From Acidobacteriota bacterium (GTDB lineage: Bacteria > Acidobacteriota > Vicinamibacteria > Fen-336), in assembly GCA_011526565.1 (NCBI GenBank), contig WYBL01000116.1:3019-67018 (forward strand): DNA of 64,000 nucleotides, written 5' to 3'. The position numbers were made by a program, and so were the translations under genes. Shown piece after piece: positions 11,050-24,535 of the stretch (position 1 is the stretch's first letter; each line of letters opens with the position of its first letter). The notes beneath the pieces were generated by a model. It did no database searches. It worked only from the letters and a program-made list of their open reading frames with translations, and was not told the DNA's origin.

Positions 11050-13182
11050 TCAGAATCGCAGTTCGGCCGACAGCTCCACGCGCCGCCCGTCGACCGGAAG
11101 CCGCAGCGGGACGTACACGTAGCTGGCGGCCTGCAGTCCCTCCTCGTCCAGCGCGTTGCGCAGGTCGAGGTGGAACGTCACCGGGTAGACGAGGCGGGTC
11201 TTGTAGGACACCCGCGCGTTCATCGTCAGGAACTTGCCGGCCTCGCCGGCGCCGCGGGCCGAGTCGACGGCATGGGGCCCCATGAAGCGCACGGCGTAGG
11301 AGCCGGTCCAGTCACCGAACCGCTGCGAGAAACCGATCGAGCCGAGCAGGGCCGAACTGGCGGGCAGCTTCTCCTCGGGCCCGCCATCCACCTGCTGCCG
11401 GGAGCGGGCCCAGGCCAGGTTCAGGTACGCCGAGGTGCCGCGGTCCCGGAAGCGCATCGCGGCGCCCACGCCGGAGGAGCGGACGACGCCGCGCGATTGG
11501 TACTGCAGCAGGCCGACCAGGTCCTCGGCGGTGCCGGAGCGGCCGACGATGCCGCCCTGCACCTCGGACGGCGCGCCGATCTCGACGCCCTGGATCAGGC
11601 CGTCGAGCCGCGAGCGGAACGCATAACCCTGGACCGCGACGCGCGGAGAGGCGCTCCAGATGGTCGACAGCTCCCACGACTCGATCTCCTCGGACTCGAG
11701 CGAGGGGTTCGGGATCTGGGTCTCGAAGTCGTCCTCGTAGGACGCCTCGAAGATGGTCGGCGGGCGGAAGCCGCGGCCGTAGAGCGCCTTCAGCGACAGC
11801 GTCGGGTCGGGCTTGAAGATCGCCGCCACCCGCGGCTGGGCCTTGGAGCCACCGGGGTCGGTGTCGGCCCAGTTGCCGCCCAGCACCAGCGTGAAGCGCT
11901 CGGTCGGCCGCCACTCCTCCTGGGCGTAGAGCACGGCGAAGCGGCCGGTCGTCTGCTGCTCGGTGACCGCGCTGCCGCCGGCGCCGACGAGCGGACGCAA
12001 CTGGAAGTCGCGACCCAGGCTGCGGTGCCGGATCTCGCCGCCGACGGTCACGAAGTGGCTGCCGAGGCGGCGCGAGAAGCGCAACTCGCCGCCGGTGTCG
12101 CGCGAGTCGGTGTTGAGGGCGAAGCGGTAGCCTGGCGCCGGCGGGAACACCGTGGGGTCGGCGTACGGGTCGCGCTCGCGATAGGTGTAGATGTCGTGGA
12201 ACGCGCGGGCCGCAACGTCCCAGCCGCTGGCCAGCCTGCGGTCCCACTTGACCTCGAGCAGGGTGCGGTGGTCGCGCTGGGTCTGGCCCGCGCCGAACAC
12301 CGTGCCGTAGGGCGCGTAGGCGCCCTCCTTCTCCCGCACGCCGGTGCGCGCCATCAGCGACCAGTCGCCGCGGCTCGCGGTCACGAACGCGAACGGCGCC
12401 TTCTCCGAGTCGACTCCTTCGGCGCGCCCGCCCCAGGCCGTGGAGCCGTCGAAGCGGACCGGGAACCCGGCGTCCTCCTCGGGCAGGTCGATCTCCTCGC
12501 CCGCCGAGCCGTAGTACCCGGCCGCCACCAGCACCTTCCACTCGCGCGGGTCGTCTCCGCCCGTCAACCCGGAGCCGCCCCAGGACACGACGCCGCTTCC
12601 CGTCGCCTGGTTCCCGCCGGTCACTCGCACCCGCCAGCCGGCGAGAGCCTCCGAGGCGCCGTTCCCGGTGACCACGTTCACGATGCCGTACAGGCTGTAG
12701 CCCCCGTACAGGAGCGACGACGGGCCGTAGACGATCTCGATACGCTCGACCAGGTCGAGCGGCACCAGCATCTCGCGGCCGACGCCGCCGAAGCTCGACC
12801 ACGGCTCGTTGACCGGGTGGCCGTTGAGCATGACGAGGATGCGGGTGTTGAAGTCCTCGAAGAAGAACAGCCCGCGCGAGCCGACCAGGTCGTAGCGCTT
12901 GTCGGACAGCGTGAAGTTGCCGAGCGAGGCGTAGTTGAGCACCTCGGACAGCGTGCGGAAGCCCCAGCGCTCGATGTCCTCGCGGGACAGGATGGTGACG
13001 GTGGCCGGGGTTTCCTTGGGGTCCTCGGCGTGCTTGGAGACGCCCTCGATCCGCTCGTTGTTGAAGTACTGGGCGGCCTGCTCGAAGAAGTCCTCCTGGG
13101 CTGTCGCGACGGGCGGACACAGCAGGGTCCAGGCGCCGAGCGCCAGGGCGCCGGCGAGCCGGGCGGGGCTAGCGCTGCGCAC
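11050..13182 (-). CDS. TonB-dependent receptor
   Basis: GTG start and a signal peptide ending ..ATAQ. Plug (ATVTILSREDIERWGFRTLSEVLNYASLGNF) and a barrel ending ..ELSAELRF. Confidence 0.85.
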   Translation of the reverse strand: MRSASPARLAGALALGAWTLLCPPVATAQEDFFEQAAQYFNNERIEGVSKHAEDPKETPATVTILSREDIERWGFRTLSEVLNYASLGNFTLSDKRYDLVGSRGLFFFEDFNTRILVMLNGHPVNEPWSSFGGVGREMLVPLDLVERIEIVYGPSSLLYGGYSLYGIVNVVTGNGASEALAGWRVRVTGGNQATGSGVVSWGGSGLTGGDDPREWKVLVAAGYYGSAGEEIDLPEEDAGFPVRFDGSTAWGGRAEGVDSEKAPFAFVTASRGDWSLMARTGVREKEGAYAPYGTVFGAGQTQRDHRTLLEVKWDRRLASGWDVAARAFHDIYTYRERDPYADPTVFPPAPGYRFALNTDSRDTGGELRFSRRLGSHFVTVGGEIRHRSLGRDFQLRPLVGAGGSAVTEQQTTGRFAVLYAQEEWRPTERFTLVLGGNWADTDPGGSKAQPRVAAIFKPDPTLSLKALYGRGFRPPTIFEASYEDDFETQIPNPSLESEEIESWELSTIWSASPRVAVQGYAFRSRLDGLIQGVEIGAPSEVQGGIVGRSGTAEDLVGLLQYQSRGVVRSSGVGAAMRFRDRGTSAYLNLAWARSRQQVDGGPEEKLPASSALLGSIGFSQRFGDWTGSYAVRFMGPHAVDSARGAGEAGKFLTMNARVSYKTRLVYPVTFHLDLRNALDEEGLQAASYVYVPLRLPVDGRRVELSAELRF

Positions 13183-14011
13183 CGAGAGCCTCCGGATTCG
13201 CCCCGATGGCCTCCGCGGCCTTGCGGGACACCACGACCTGCATCTGGTCCACCTCGATGCGTTTCTTGCCCACCGTCTGCGGCTGCTGGGCCGCCTCGGT
13301 CGCGGCCTTCGCCATCGCCGCCGGCGGCGCGACCAGCGCCAGCGTCACGCCCTCGCGGGTCAGGCCCTCGAGGAACCCGACCGTCGGCTTCTTCGCCGCC
13401 TGGGACTGCTCGACGACGTACTCGACCGACTCGCGGCTGGTGGTGACCGGGTCCCCGATCGCCAGCAGCAGGGCGTCGACCTTGCCGAGCGCCGGCTTCA
13501 CGGAGCGGTACAGGTCTCCCGTCGAGTTCACGGTGACGGGCACCACCGCCACCCCGGCGGCCTCGCCGGCCTTGACGAAGCCCAGCGCGATCTCGCGGTT
13601 GCGGGCCGGCGTGAAGACGAAGCCGACCGCCTTCGCCTTCAGCGTGTCGCGCAGGTACTCGAACACCTTGTCGAGCCGCGGGTAGAAGGAGATGTAGGTG
13701 CCCGGGGTGCGGACCTGGGCGGGGTTGGCGACGCCCAGCGACACGACCGCGGCGCCTCGCGCCTCGGCCGCCACCTCGGCGGACTTGGGCCCGACGGCGA
13801 ACAGCACCCGCTGGCCCTTCGACTCGCGGGCGAGGCGAGAGGAGTCCGCGAGGTCGTCGCCGGTCAGCTCCACGACGCGGGCTTCGCCGGACAGCGCGCG
13901 CACGATGGCGTCGGTCAGGCCGAAACTCTCGCTGCGCGGCTTGAGCACCACCGAGCCGGTGGCGGGAGCCGCGAGCGAGGCGACCAGCAGGAGCCGGGCT
14001 GCAAGCGTCAC
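13169..14011 (-). CDS. periplasmic ABC_sub_bind (PF04392-like) substrate-binding protein
   Basis: Track ORF 13169..14155 trimmed to GTG 14011 (signal peptide VTLAARLLLVASLAAPATG), because the first 48 codons would cross the divergent promoter region. The family resemblance is from memory. Its 3' end overlaps the receptor gene start by 14 nt. Confidence 0.65.
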   Translation of the reverse strand: MTLAARLLLVASLAAPATGSVVLKPRSESFGLTDAIVRALSGEARVVELTGDDLADSSRLARESKGQRVLFAVGPKSAEVAAEARGAAVVSLGVANPAQVRTPGTYISFYPRLDKVFEYLRDTLKAKAVGFVFTPARNREIALGFVKAGEAAGVAVVPVTVNSTGDLYRSVKPALGKVDALLLAIGDPVTTSRESVEYVVEQSQAAKKPTVGFLEGLTREGVTLALVAPPAAMAKAATEAAQQPQTVGKKRIEVDQMQVVVSRKAAEAIGANPEALGAQR

Positions 14012-14105
14012 GTTCCGCGGAGGATAGCCGATTCCGGGGCGGACCCGGGCGGGCGTCGACGAGGCCCCGTCGGTGCTGTTACAGTGCGCGCGGTTTCCCA
14101 AGGGA

Positions 14106-15647
14106 ATGAAGCTGCTCCAGGACCTCTCGATCCGGCGCAAGCTGATCGCCATCATCCTGATGACGACCAGCGCGGTCTTCCTGCTGACCGCGGTCGCCTT
14201 CTTCAGCTACGACCTCGTCACCCTGCGCGGGCGCATGGTCGAAGAACTGAAGGTGATGGCGCGCCTGGTCGACGCCAACACCCAGGCCCTGCTCCTCTTC
14301 AACGAGCAGGACGAGGCGCGGGCCCGGCTGGAGTCGCTGGCCGCGCAGCCGCGGCTGCTCTCGGCCCGGCTGCTGACCCCCGACGGCAAGGTCCTCGCCG
14401 AATACGTGGCCAAGAGCCGCGAGGGACCGATGGGCGGGCCGCCCGAGGTGGAGACCGTGCGCGACCAGGAGCTGCACCGCTTCCTGCCCGGAACCCTGCT
14501 GCCGCGCCGCCTGGTCCTGTCGCGCCCGATCTACATCGGCCAGGACCAGTTCGCGGGCTGGGTCTACCTCGAGTCCGACACCCGCGAGCTGACGGCCCGG
14601 CTGTGGAACTACTTCGGCGTCACGGCGCTGATCATGCTGGCGGCCTCCGGCCTCGCGTTCCTGCTCTCCTCGCGGCTGCAGGGCCTGGTCTCGGAGCCGA
14701 TCCTTCACCTCGTGCAGGTGGCCGGCGAGGTCTCCCACAAGCAGGACTACCGGGTGCGGGCGACGCGGCGCGGCGACGACGAGGTCGGCAAGCTGGTCGA
14801 CGCCTTCAACGAGATGCTGGTCCAGATCGAGCGCCGCGACGAGGCCCTCGTCGAAGCGCGCGACCAGGCCTACGAGGTGAGCCGGACCAAGAGCGCGTTC
14901 CTGGCCAACATGAGCCACGAGTTGCGCACGCCGCTCAACGCCATCATCGGCTACACGGAGATGCTGCGCGAGGAGGCGGAAGAAGTCGGCCAGGAGGACT
15001 TCATCCCCGACCTGGTCAAGATCCACTCGGCCGGCAAGCACCTGCTGGGGCTGATCAACGACATCCTCGATCTGTCGAAGATCGAGGCCGGCAAGATGAC
15101 CGTGCACGCCGAGCTGTTCGACGTGGCGGGCGTCGTGCGCGACGTCGCCTCCACCGTGCAGCCGCTGTTCGACAAGAACGGCAACGTCCTGGTCGTCGAG
15201 ACCGGCGACGGGCTCGGCGACATGAGTTCCGACGTCACCCGCGTGCGCCAGGTGCTGCTCAACCTGCTGTCGAACGCCTCGAAGTTCACGTCGGCGGGCC
15301 GTGTCCACATGCGGGTCGGCAAGTTCGAGCGCGACGGCGCCGACTGGGTCCGCTTCGCGGTCCAGGACTCGGGCATCGGCATGACCCCGGAGCAGCTCGC
15401 CAAGCTGTTCCAGCCGTTCAGCCAGGCCGATTCCTCGACGACCCGCAAGTACGGCGGCACCGGGCTCGGCCTCGCGATCAGCCGCCGCTTCTGCCACATG
15501 ATGGGCGGCGACATCGCGGTGACCAGCGAGATCGGCAAGGGCTCGACCTTCACCGTCGAGTTGCCCGTGGCGATGCCCGAGCCCGCGGCCTCCTCCGCCG
15601 TGCGGGCGCGGGCCGCGGCCGAGCCGAGGCCCGCCACCGGGCGCTAG
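14106..15647 (+). CDS. sensor histidine kinase, CHASE8-like N-terminal sensor + HAMP
   Basis: ATG 14106 ([37 protein letters not shown]). Contains a single-TM sensor module resembling CHASE8, a second TM with HAMP ([13 protein letters not shown]), the H-box [21 protein letters not shown], and HATPase boxes [18 protein letters not shown] and [11 protein letters not shown]. Confidence 0.85.
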   Translation: MKLLQDLSIRRKLIAIILMTTSAVFLLTAVAFFSYDLVTLRGRMVEELKVMARLVDANTQALLLFNEQDEARARLESLAAQPRLLSARLLTPDGKVLAEYVAKSREGPMGGPPEVETVRDQELHRFLPGTLLPRRLVLSRPIYIGQDQFAGWVYLESDTRELTARLWNYFGVTALIMLAASGLAFLLSSRLQGLVSEPILHLVQVAGEVSHKQDYRVRATRRGDDEVGKLVDAFNEMLVQIERRDEALVEARDQAYEVSRTKSAFLANMSHELRTPLNAIIGYTEMLREEAEEVGQEDFIPDLVKIHSAGKHLLGLINDILDLSKIEAGKMTVHAELFDVAGVVRDVASTVQPLFDKNGNVLVVETGDGLGDMSSDVTRVRQVLLNLLSNASKFTSAGRVHMRVGKFERDGADWVRFAVQDSGIGMTPEQLAKLFQPFSQADSSTTRKYGGTGLGLAISRRFCHMMGGDIAVTSEIGKGSTFTVELPVAMPEPAASSAVRARAAAEPRPATGR

Positions 15648-15654
15648 ACCGCCT

Positions 15655-18600
15655 TCAGCTCGTCACCGTCCGCAGCCGCTCGCACAGCACGCGGATCACG
15701 CCCCGCACGACCTCGATGCGGTCGGCCATCAGCTCGTACAGCGCCTCCTGCTCGAGCCGGAACAGGTGGGTGGCGCCGATCGCCAGCACCGACGCCGAGC
15801 GCGGCTCCGGGTCCAGCGCGGCCATCTCGCCGAAGATCTCGCGCGGGCCCAGCTCGCGCAGCACGCGGCCCTCGTTGACGACCCGCACCCCGCCTTCGAC
15901 GACGATGTAGAGCGCCGACCCCATGTCGCCCTTCTCGAACACGATGCCGCCGGGGCCGACGTCGACCTCCTCGAGCCGCGAGGCCACCTCGGCCAGGATC
16001 TCGTCGGGCGTCTCGCGGAAGATCGACACGCTCTTCAGGATGATCACCTTCTCGACCGTGGTCAGCATCGACGTCCCTCCCGACAGCTCCGCCTCGTAGC
16101 GCGCGATCAACCGCTCGGCCTCGTCGAGCGCGAGGCCGGTGGCCGGCTGGCGCCGCCGCGGCAGCCGGGTCAGCACCTCGCGCACGATCGTCTCGTCGGC
16201 TGGCACGCGGGGCGCCAGCGCCAGCAGCCCCGGCAGGTCCGCCTCGACCGCAGCCTGCAAGGCGCAGGCGCGCAGCCAGGGCGCCGTCGCCTCGTCCGTC
16301 ACCAGTCGCTCGAGCCGCGCGGCGAAGCCCAGGAGTTGATGCGGGAAGGTCGCGCCCAACTTGCGCAGTCGCTCGGCATGCGCCACGTCCTCGAGCAGCG
16401 GCACCACCAGCTTGCCGACGTCGGGGGTCACAAGGCTGTCGACCAGTTCCACCGCCTGGGCCCGCTTCTCCGGCCGGCGGCTCGACAGGTTGACGCGGGC
16501 GCGCAGCACCGGGTCGGGCGGGTAGACGAAACCGAGCAGGCAGAAGACCCGCTCGCGAGCCCTGCCGAACGCGTGGTCCAGCGTGCTCGCGAGCAGCGCG
16601 CCCCGGGCCTCCGCGCGCACGTCCTCGAGCATCGCCAGCACCACCACCGCGTCGCGCACCTCGCGGGCGATCCGTTCCTTCACCTGCGGCACGGCAGCCG
16701 GCGCCGCCTCGAAGCCTGTCGTCGCCAGCGAGGACAGCAGCGACAGTCGCACCTCGGGATCGTCGTGGTCGGCGCACAGCCACAGGAACTCGCGGGCGCG
16801 GGCCCCGCCGATCTGCCCGATCAGGCGCGCGACCCGGCGCTGCGCCGAGCGCCGCCGCTGCTCGTCGGCGGCGTGGAAGGCCTGCTCGAGGTCCGGGAGC
16901 ACGGCGGGGCCCGAGGCGACCAGCGCCGCCATCGCCGCGGAACGGTGGGCGGGCAGGTCGAGGCTGCGCAACAGCAGCGGCAGCAGCCGCGGGTTGCGGA
17001 GCCGACCCGCGGCCCACAACGCGGCGCGCCGCACGGCCGGCTCGCGGTCGGCGAGCAACGCGATCAGCGGCCGGTAGAAGCTGGCCTGGCCGACCTCGCC
17101 GATCACCCGGGCCGCCTCCTCGCGGGCGACCGGTTCTTCGGCGCGGGCCATCGTCACCAGCCGCTCGCCGGCGGCCAGCACGCCTTCGATGCCGCCGTGG
17201 CGCAGCAGCGCCACCAGCGCTCCGCACCGGGCCTCCACCTCGGGGGCGTCGAGCGAGAGCATCACCCGCTCGACGTCCTCGGGTTCGCCGATCGCAGCCA
17301 GCGCCCGCAACGCCGCGCCGCGCGCCGCCGCATCCTCCTCCGCCACCGCCGCCAGCCGCACGGCCCCGAGCGCCGCGCGCAGGCCCAGCCGTTCCACACG
17401 CAGCGAGGCATCGCGGCGCACCGCGGGGTCCTGGTGGCCGAGTTGAGCGACCACGGCGCTCTCCAGCGACGGGTGGCCCAGTTCCTCGAGCACGCCGAGG
17501 CAGTAGGCGACCTCCTCGGGGCGCGGCGAGTGCAGCCCCTTCTGCAGCACGGCCAGGCTGGAGGCGTCGAGCGCCAGCGAGACCCCCTGCAGGTGGCGGC
17601 TCTCCAGCGCGCGGCGCAGCTTCTCGGTGTAGGCGCCGCGGAGCGTGGCGGCGACGACGACCCAGCCGAGCACCAGCAGTCCGAGCAGCGCGCACAGCTC
17701 GACGGCGCCGAAGCCGAGGCCGCCGACCAGGGCCAGCAACGCAATGCCGGCGACGCCGCCGGCCAGCGGGCCGACGATGCCTTCCACCGCGGTCTGCGCC
17801 CGCACCCGGGCCGCGCCGGGCAGCGGCTGGTAGAGCAGCAGCACCGCGCTGCGGTCGATCGAGTCGCGCAGCGACTGGTCGACCAGCTTGGTCAGCGCCA
17901 GCAGCGCGAAGAGCAGGGCCGTCGGAGCCGCCAGCGCACCCGCGCCGACGACGCCGAGGCAGCCGAGCCCGATCGCCGCCGGCATGAACTGCAGCGCCCC
18001 GAGCCCGAAGCGGGCCAGCGCCCGACCCGCCAGCGCTCGAGCCAGCAGGGTGATGGCCGCGACGCTGCCGTTGAACACGCCGATGAACGCGGTCAGGTCG
18101 CGCTCGGCGGGGTAGCGCGCCGCAGCCAGCGCGTAGAAGGCGTTGTCGAGGAAGTAGTAGGCGACGTACGACAGCGCCACGAGGGCGAACAGCAGCCGCA
18201 GGTAGCCGCTGCGCAGCCCGCCGCCGGAGCGGGCGGCGTGGGAGCGGTCCTCCTCGCCGCCGGCCGCCTCGAGCAGCGGGAAGCGCCGCGTCACCACTCG
18301 CAGCAGGGCCAGGCACCCGACCACGGCGGCGGCCGAGACCCACAGCAGGTCGGCGGTGCCGAAGCGCGCCACGAACAGCGGCACCAGCAGGCCCGTGAGC
18401 GCCCCGGCGGCGAGCTCTCCGGCGCCGATCGGCCCGAACAGCCGCTTGCCCTGGCGCACGTTGAGCAGCGAGCCCGAGAGCCCCCAGAACTCGAGCGTCA
18501 GCAGCACGCCCTCGACCTCGGCCCACACCGGCAGGACCAGCGCGACGGGCACGACGTGTCCCATGCCCAGCGCGCCGCGCAGCGTCAGCAGCGTGACCAG

Positions 18601-18879
18601 CACGACCAGCAGGTCGACGGCCAGCAGCGTGCGCAGGCCGACGCGCGCGGACAGGCGCAGGCGCAGGAAGCCGGTGACCGGGATCGCGATCGCCGCCGCG
18701 ATGTAGACCCAGGGCAGGTGGCGGGCGTCGCTGTGCGACAGGAACAGCGCCATGCCCGCGGTGCTGGTCAGGTTGCGCGGCACGCCGATGCAGAAGGAGT
18801 GGAGCATCAGCAGCCAGACGAGGCGCTCCTCCTCCGGGCGCACGTCCAGCATCGTGGCGATCGCCCTGCGCAGCCCCAT
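15655..18879 (-). CDS. polytopic transporter-like domain (MFS / TLC ATP:ADP-antiporter-like) fused to HEAT repeats and a C-terminal cyclic-nucleotide-binding domain
   Basis: This is the only protein-like frame among three >1000-codon ORFs here. It has about 12 hydrophobic helices, central HEAT/PBS-lyase-like repeats (DPAVRRDA, EPAVRRAALWAAGRL), and a C-terminal cNMP domain (FRETPDEILAEV..FGEMAALDPEPRSASVLA). Confidence 0.8.
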   Translation of the reverse strand: MGLRRAIATMLDVRPEEERLVWLLMLHSFCIGVPRNLTSTAGMALFLSHSDARHLPWVYIAAAIAIPVTGFLRLRLSARVGLRTLLAVDLLVVLVTLLTLRGALGMGHVVPVALVLPVWAEVEGVLLTLEFWGLSGSLLNVRQGKRLFGPIGAGELAAGALTGLLVPLFVARFGTADLLWVSAAAVVGCLALLRVVTRRFPLLEAAGGEEDRSHAARSGGGLRSGYLRLLFALVALSYVAYYFLDNAFYALAAARYPAERDLTAFIGVFNGSVAAITLLARALAGRALARFGLGALQFMPAAIGLGCLGVVGAGALAAPTALLFALLALTKLVDQSLRDSIDRSAVLLLYQPLPGAARVRAQTAVEGIVGPLAGGVAGIALLALVGGLGFGAVELCALLGLLVLGWVVVAATLRGAYTEKLRRALESRHLQGVSLALDASSLAVLQKGLHSPRPEEVAYCLGVLEELGHPSLESAVVAQLGHQDPAVRRDASLRVERLGLRAALGAVRLAAVAEEDAAARGAALRALAAIGEPEDVERVMLSLDAPEVEARCGALVALLRHGGIEGVLAAGERLVTMARAEEPVAREEAARVIGEVGQASFYRPLIALLADREPAVRRAALWAAGRLRNPRLLPLLLRSLDLPAHRSAAMAALVASGPAVLPDLEQAFHAADEQRRRSAQRRVARLIGQIGGARAREFLWLCADHDDPEVRLSLLSSLATTGFEAAPAAVPQVKERIAREVRDAVVVLAMLEDVRAEARGALLASTLDHAFGRARERVFCLLGFVYPPDPVLRARVNLSSRRPEKRAQAVELVDSLVTPDVGKLVVPLLEDVAHAERLRKLGATFPHQLLGFAARLERLVTDEATAPWLRACALQAAVEADLPGLLALAPRVPADETIVREVLTRLPRRRQPATGLALDEAERLIARYEAELSGGTSMLTTVEKVIILKSVSIFRETPDEILAEVASRLEEVDVGPGGIVFEKGDMGSALYIVVEGGVRVVNEGRVLRELGPREIFGEMAALDPEPRSASVLAIGATHLFRLEQEALYELMADRIEVVRGVIRVLCERLRTVTS

Positions 18880-18921
18880 GGGAACCCGCGAACGATAACC
18901 GATCGCGGCCCGGCCCCTGCG

Positions 18922-19383
18922 CTACCTCGGGCGGTAGCGCTCGATCCGCCCCCGGCAGCGCGGGCTCCCGCAGCGACAGGCGAAGCTCCAGCGCGGGTCC
19001 CAGAAGTAGTGCTCGGGGAAGCGGGCGAAGAGACGGGCGTCGGCCCACTCGTAGTCGATCGTCAGCTCGGTCCCGGCGGCCACGTCGCGCAGGGTGGCGA
19101 GGTCGCGGTCGGAGCGGATCTCGGCATTGGGCTCGCAGCCGTGGTTGACGTAACGGGCGAGCGTCAGCGGCACCGTCCACTCGAACGGCGCGAAGGAGTT
19201 GACGTAGACGATCTCCGCCTCCGGCACCTCGGTCCACGGCAGGTCGGGCCCGAGGAAACGGGTGAAGACCGTGCCGGCCGGCAGGCCGACCCGCGCGAAG
19301 ATCCCGGTGTGGCCCGCCGTCACCTCCCGCGCCTCCACGAAGCTCGCCTCGAGGGCCCGGGTGGCCGCGATGGCCGCCTTCAC
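18922..19383 (-). CDS. SET domain protein (putative lysine N-methyltransferase)
   Basis: GTG 19383 overlaps the upstream TGA (GTGA). SET motifs RYVNHGCEPNAEI and GTELTIDY, plus a post-SET Cys cluster CRCGSPRCRG. Confidence 0.8.
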   Translation of the reverse strand: MKAAIAATRALEASFVEAREVTAGHTGIFARVGLPAGTVFTRFLGPDLPWTEVPEAEIVYVNSFAPFEWTVPLTLARYVNHGCEPNAEIRSDRDLATLRDVAAGTELTIDYEWADARLFARFPEHYFWDPRWSFACRCGSPRCRGRIERYRPR

Positions 19384-20573
19384 AACGCGATCTCGCGCAC
19401 CGGGCCACGCAGGCAGTGGTCGGAGGCCATCGAGGATCCGTAGGCGCCGGCGGGCAGCAACGCCAGCAGGTCGCCCTCCTCGATCGCCGGCAGCGGCAGG
19501 TCGCGGGCGAAGATGTCGTTCGATTCGTTGATGTTGCCCGCGACCGAGACCGGCCCGGCGACCGGCGCCAGCGGGCGGTCGACGTGGGCGATCTCGACCG
19601 GCAGTCCGTAGTGGGCGGCGTACAGGTTGACGTTGTGGCCGGCGTCGACGCCGATCCACACCGTGCCCGACTTCTCCTCGACCGTGTTGACCTCCACGAC
19701 GAGCACCCCCGCCGCGTCGACCAGCAGCGTGCCCGGCTCGCAGGCGACCGTCACGCCCAGCGGCCCGAGGTGGCGCGCGGCGGCCTCCGCCCACTCCTCC
19801 GCCATCACCGGGTCGTCCACGGCGCGGCGGCGGGCGCCGAGGCCGCCGCCCAGGTTCACGGAACGGACGTCCGGCAGCCGCCGCGCGAAGCCCGCGAGCT
19901 TCTCCATCACCCACTCGAGCTTGTGCAGCGCGCCGCGCTGGATGCCCCAGCCGCAGTGCACGTGCAACCGGTCGACGACGAGGCCCGCGGCGCCGGCGGC
20001 CTCCACCGCCGCGTCGAAGGCGTCGTGGGCGAAGCCGAACTTGGTGTTGCCGTAGGCCAGCTTGGGGTGGCTGCCGTAGCCGATGTCGACGGCGCAGTCG
20101 AGCCGCAGGCCGATCGCCGTGCCGCGCGGCACGCGGCGCCCCCAGCGGCGGATCGCCGACAGCGAGTCGAGGTTGAGGCCCGCGCCCTCCGCGGCGAAGA
20201 AGTCGAGGTCGCGGTCGCTCAGCATCGAGGCGGTGACCGAGATCTCGTCGGCCGCGAAGCCCGTCTCGCGCGCGAGCGCGAACTCGCGCGGGGAGCAGGC
20301 GTCGATGCCGACGTCGCCGCAGCCGCGGATCGTCGCGAGCACCGGCCGGAAGCGGTTGGCCTTCATCGCGTAGTAGAGCCGGAACGGCAGGCCGCGCGAG
20401 GCGAAGGCCGCGCGCAACTCGTCGACGCGGCGGCGCACCTTGGCCAGGCTGTAGACGTAGAGCGGGGTGCCGTGCTCGGCCGCCAGCTCGCGCAGCGATC
20501 GGCCGTCGAAGCTGAGGCCCGCGGCTTCGGCGCGCAGGCCGTTGCCGGCCCACCAGGCGGGGATCGTGCTCAC
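19380..20573 (-). CDS. group IV (alanine-racemase-fold) PLP-dependent decarboxylase, DAP/Orn decarboxylase-like, atypical active site
   Basis: Track ORF trimmed to GTG 20573 (VSTIPAWWAGNG); the 79 upstream codons are Arg/Pro junk. It has the PLP-Lys motif YYAMKAN, GGGLG, EPGT and AGAYGSSMAS. The usually conserved CES(G)D Cys reads NESND here (Asn codon 19527-19529). Confidence 0.8.
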   Translation of the reverse strand: MSTIPAWWAGNGLRAEAAGLSFDGRSLRELAAEHGTPLYVYSLAKVRRRVDELRAAFASRGLPFRLYYAMKANRFRPVLATIRGCGDVGIDACSPREFALARETGFAADEISVTASMLSDRDLDFFAAEGAGLNLDSLSAIRRWGRRVPRGTAIGLRLDCAVDIGYGSHPKLAYGNTKFGFAHDAFDAAVEAAGAAGLVVDRLHVHCGWGIQRGALHKLEWVMEKLAGFARRLPDVRSVNLGGGLGARRRAVDDPVMAEEWAEAAARHLGPLGVTVACEPGTLLVDAAGVLVVEVNTVEEKSGTVWIGVDAGHNVNLYAAHYGLPVEIAHVDRPLAPVAGPVSVAGNINESNDIFARDLPLPAIEEGDLLALLPAGAYGSSMASDHCLRGPVREIAL

Positions 20574-20637
20574 GTTCGGGCTCGCGCAGAGTATAGGCGC
20601 GGCCCGGGCACGCGCCGGGCCGCGGCCGTGACCCCGC

Positions 20638-24525
<3,888 letters not shown>

Positions 24526-24535
24526 CCCGACGAGC

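Noticed and set aside
15644-19443. 1254-aa minus and 1225-aa plus ORFs overlapping the transporter-HEAT-cNMP gene
   Set aside because: Only frame 15655..18879 (-) gives hydrophobic helices, HEAT repeats and a cNMP domain. The other two are Arg/Gly/Pro-rich with no motifs.
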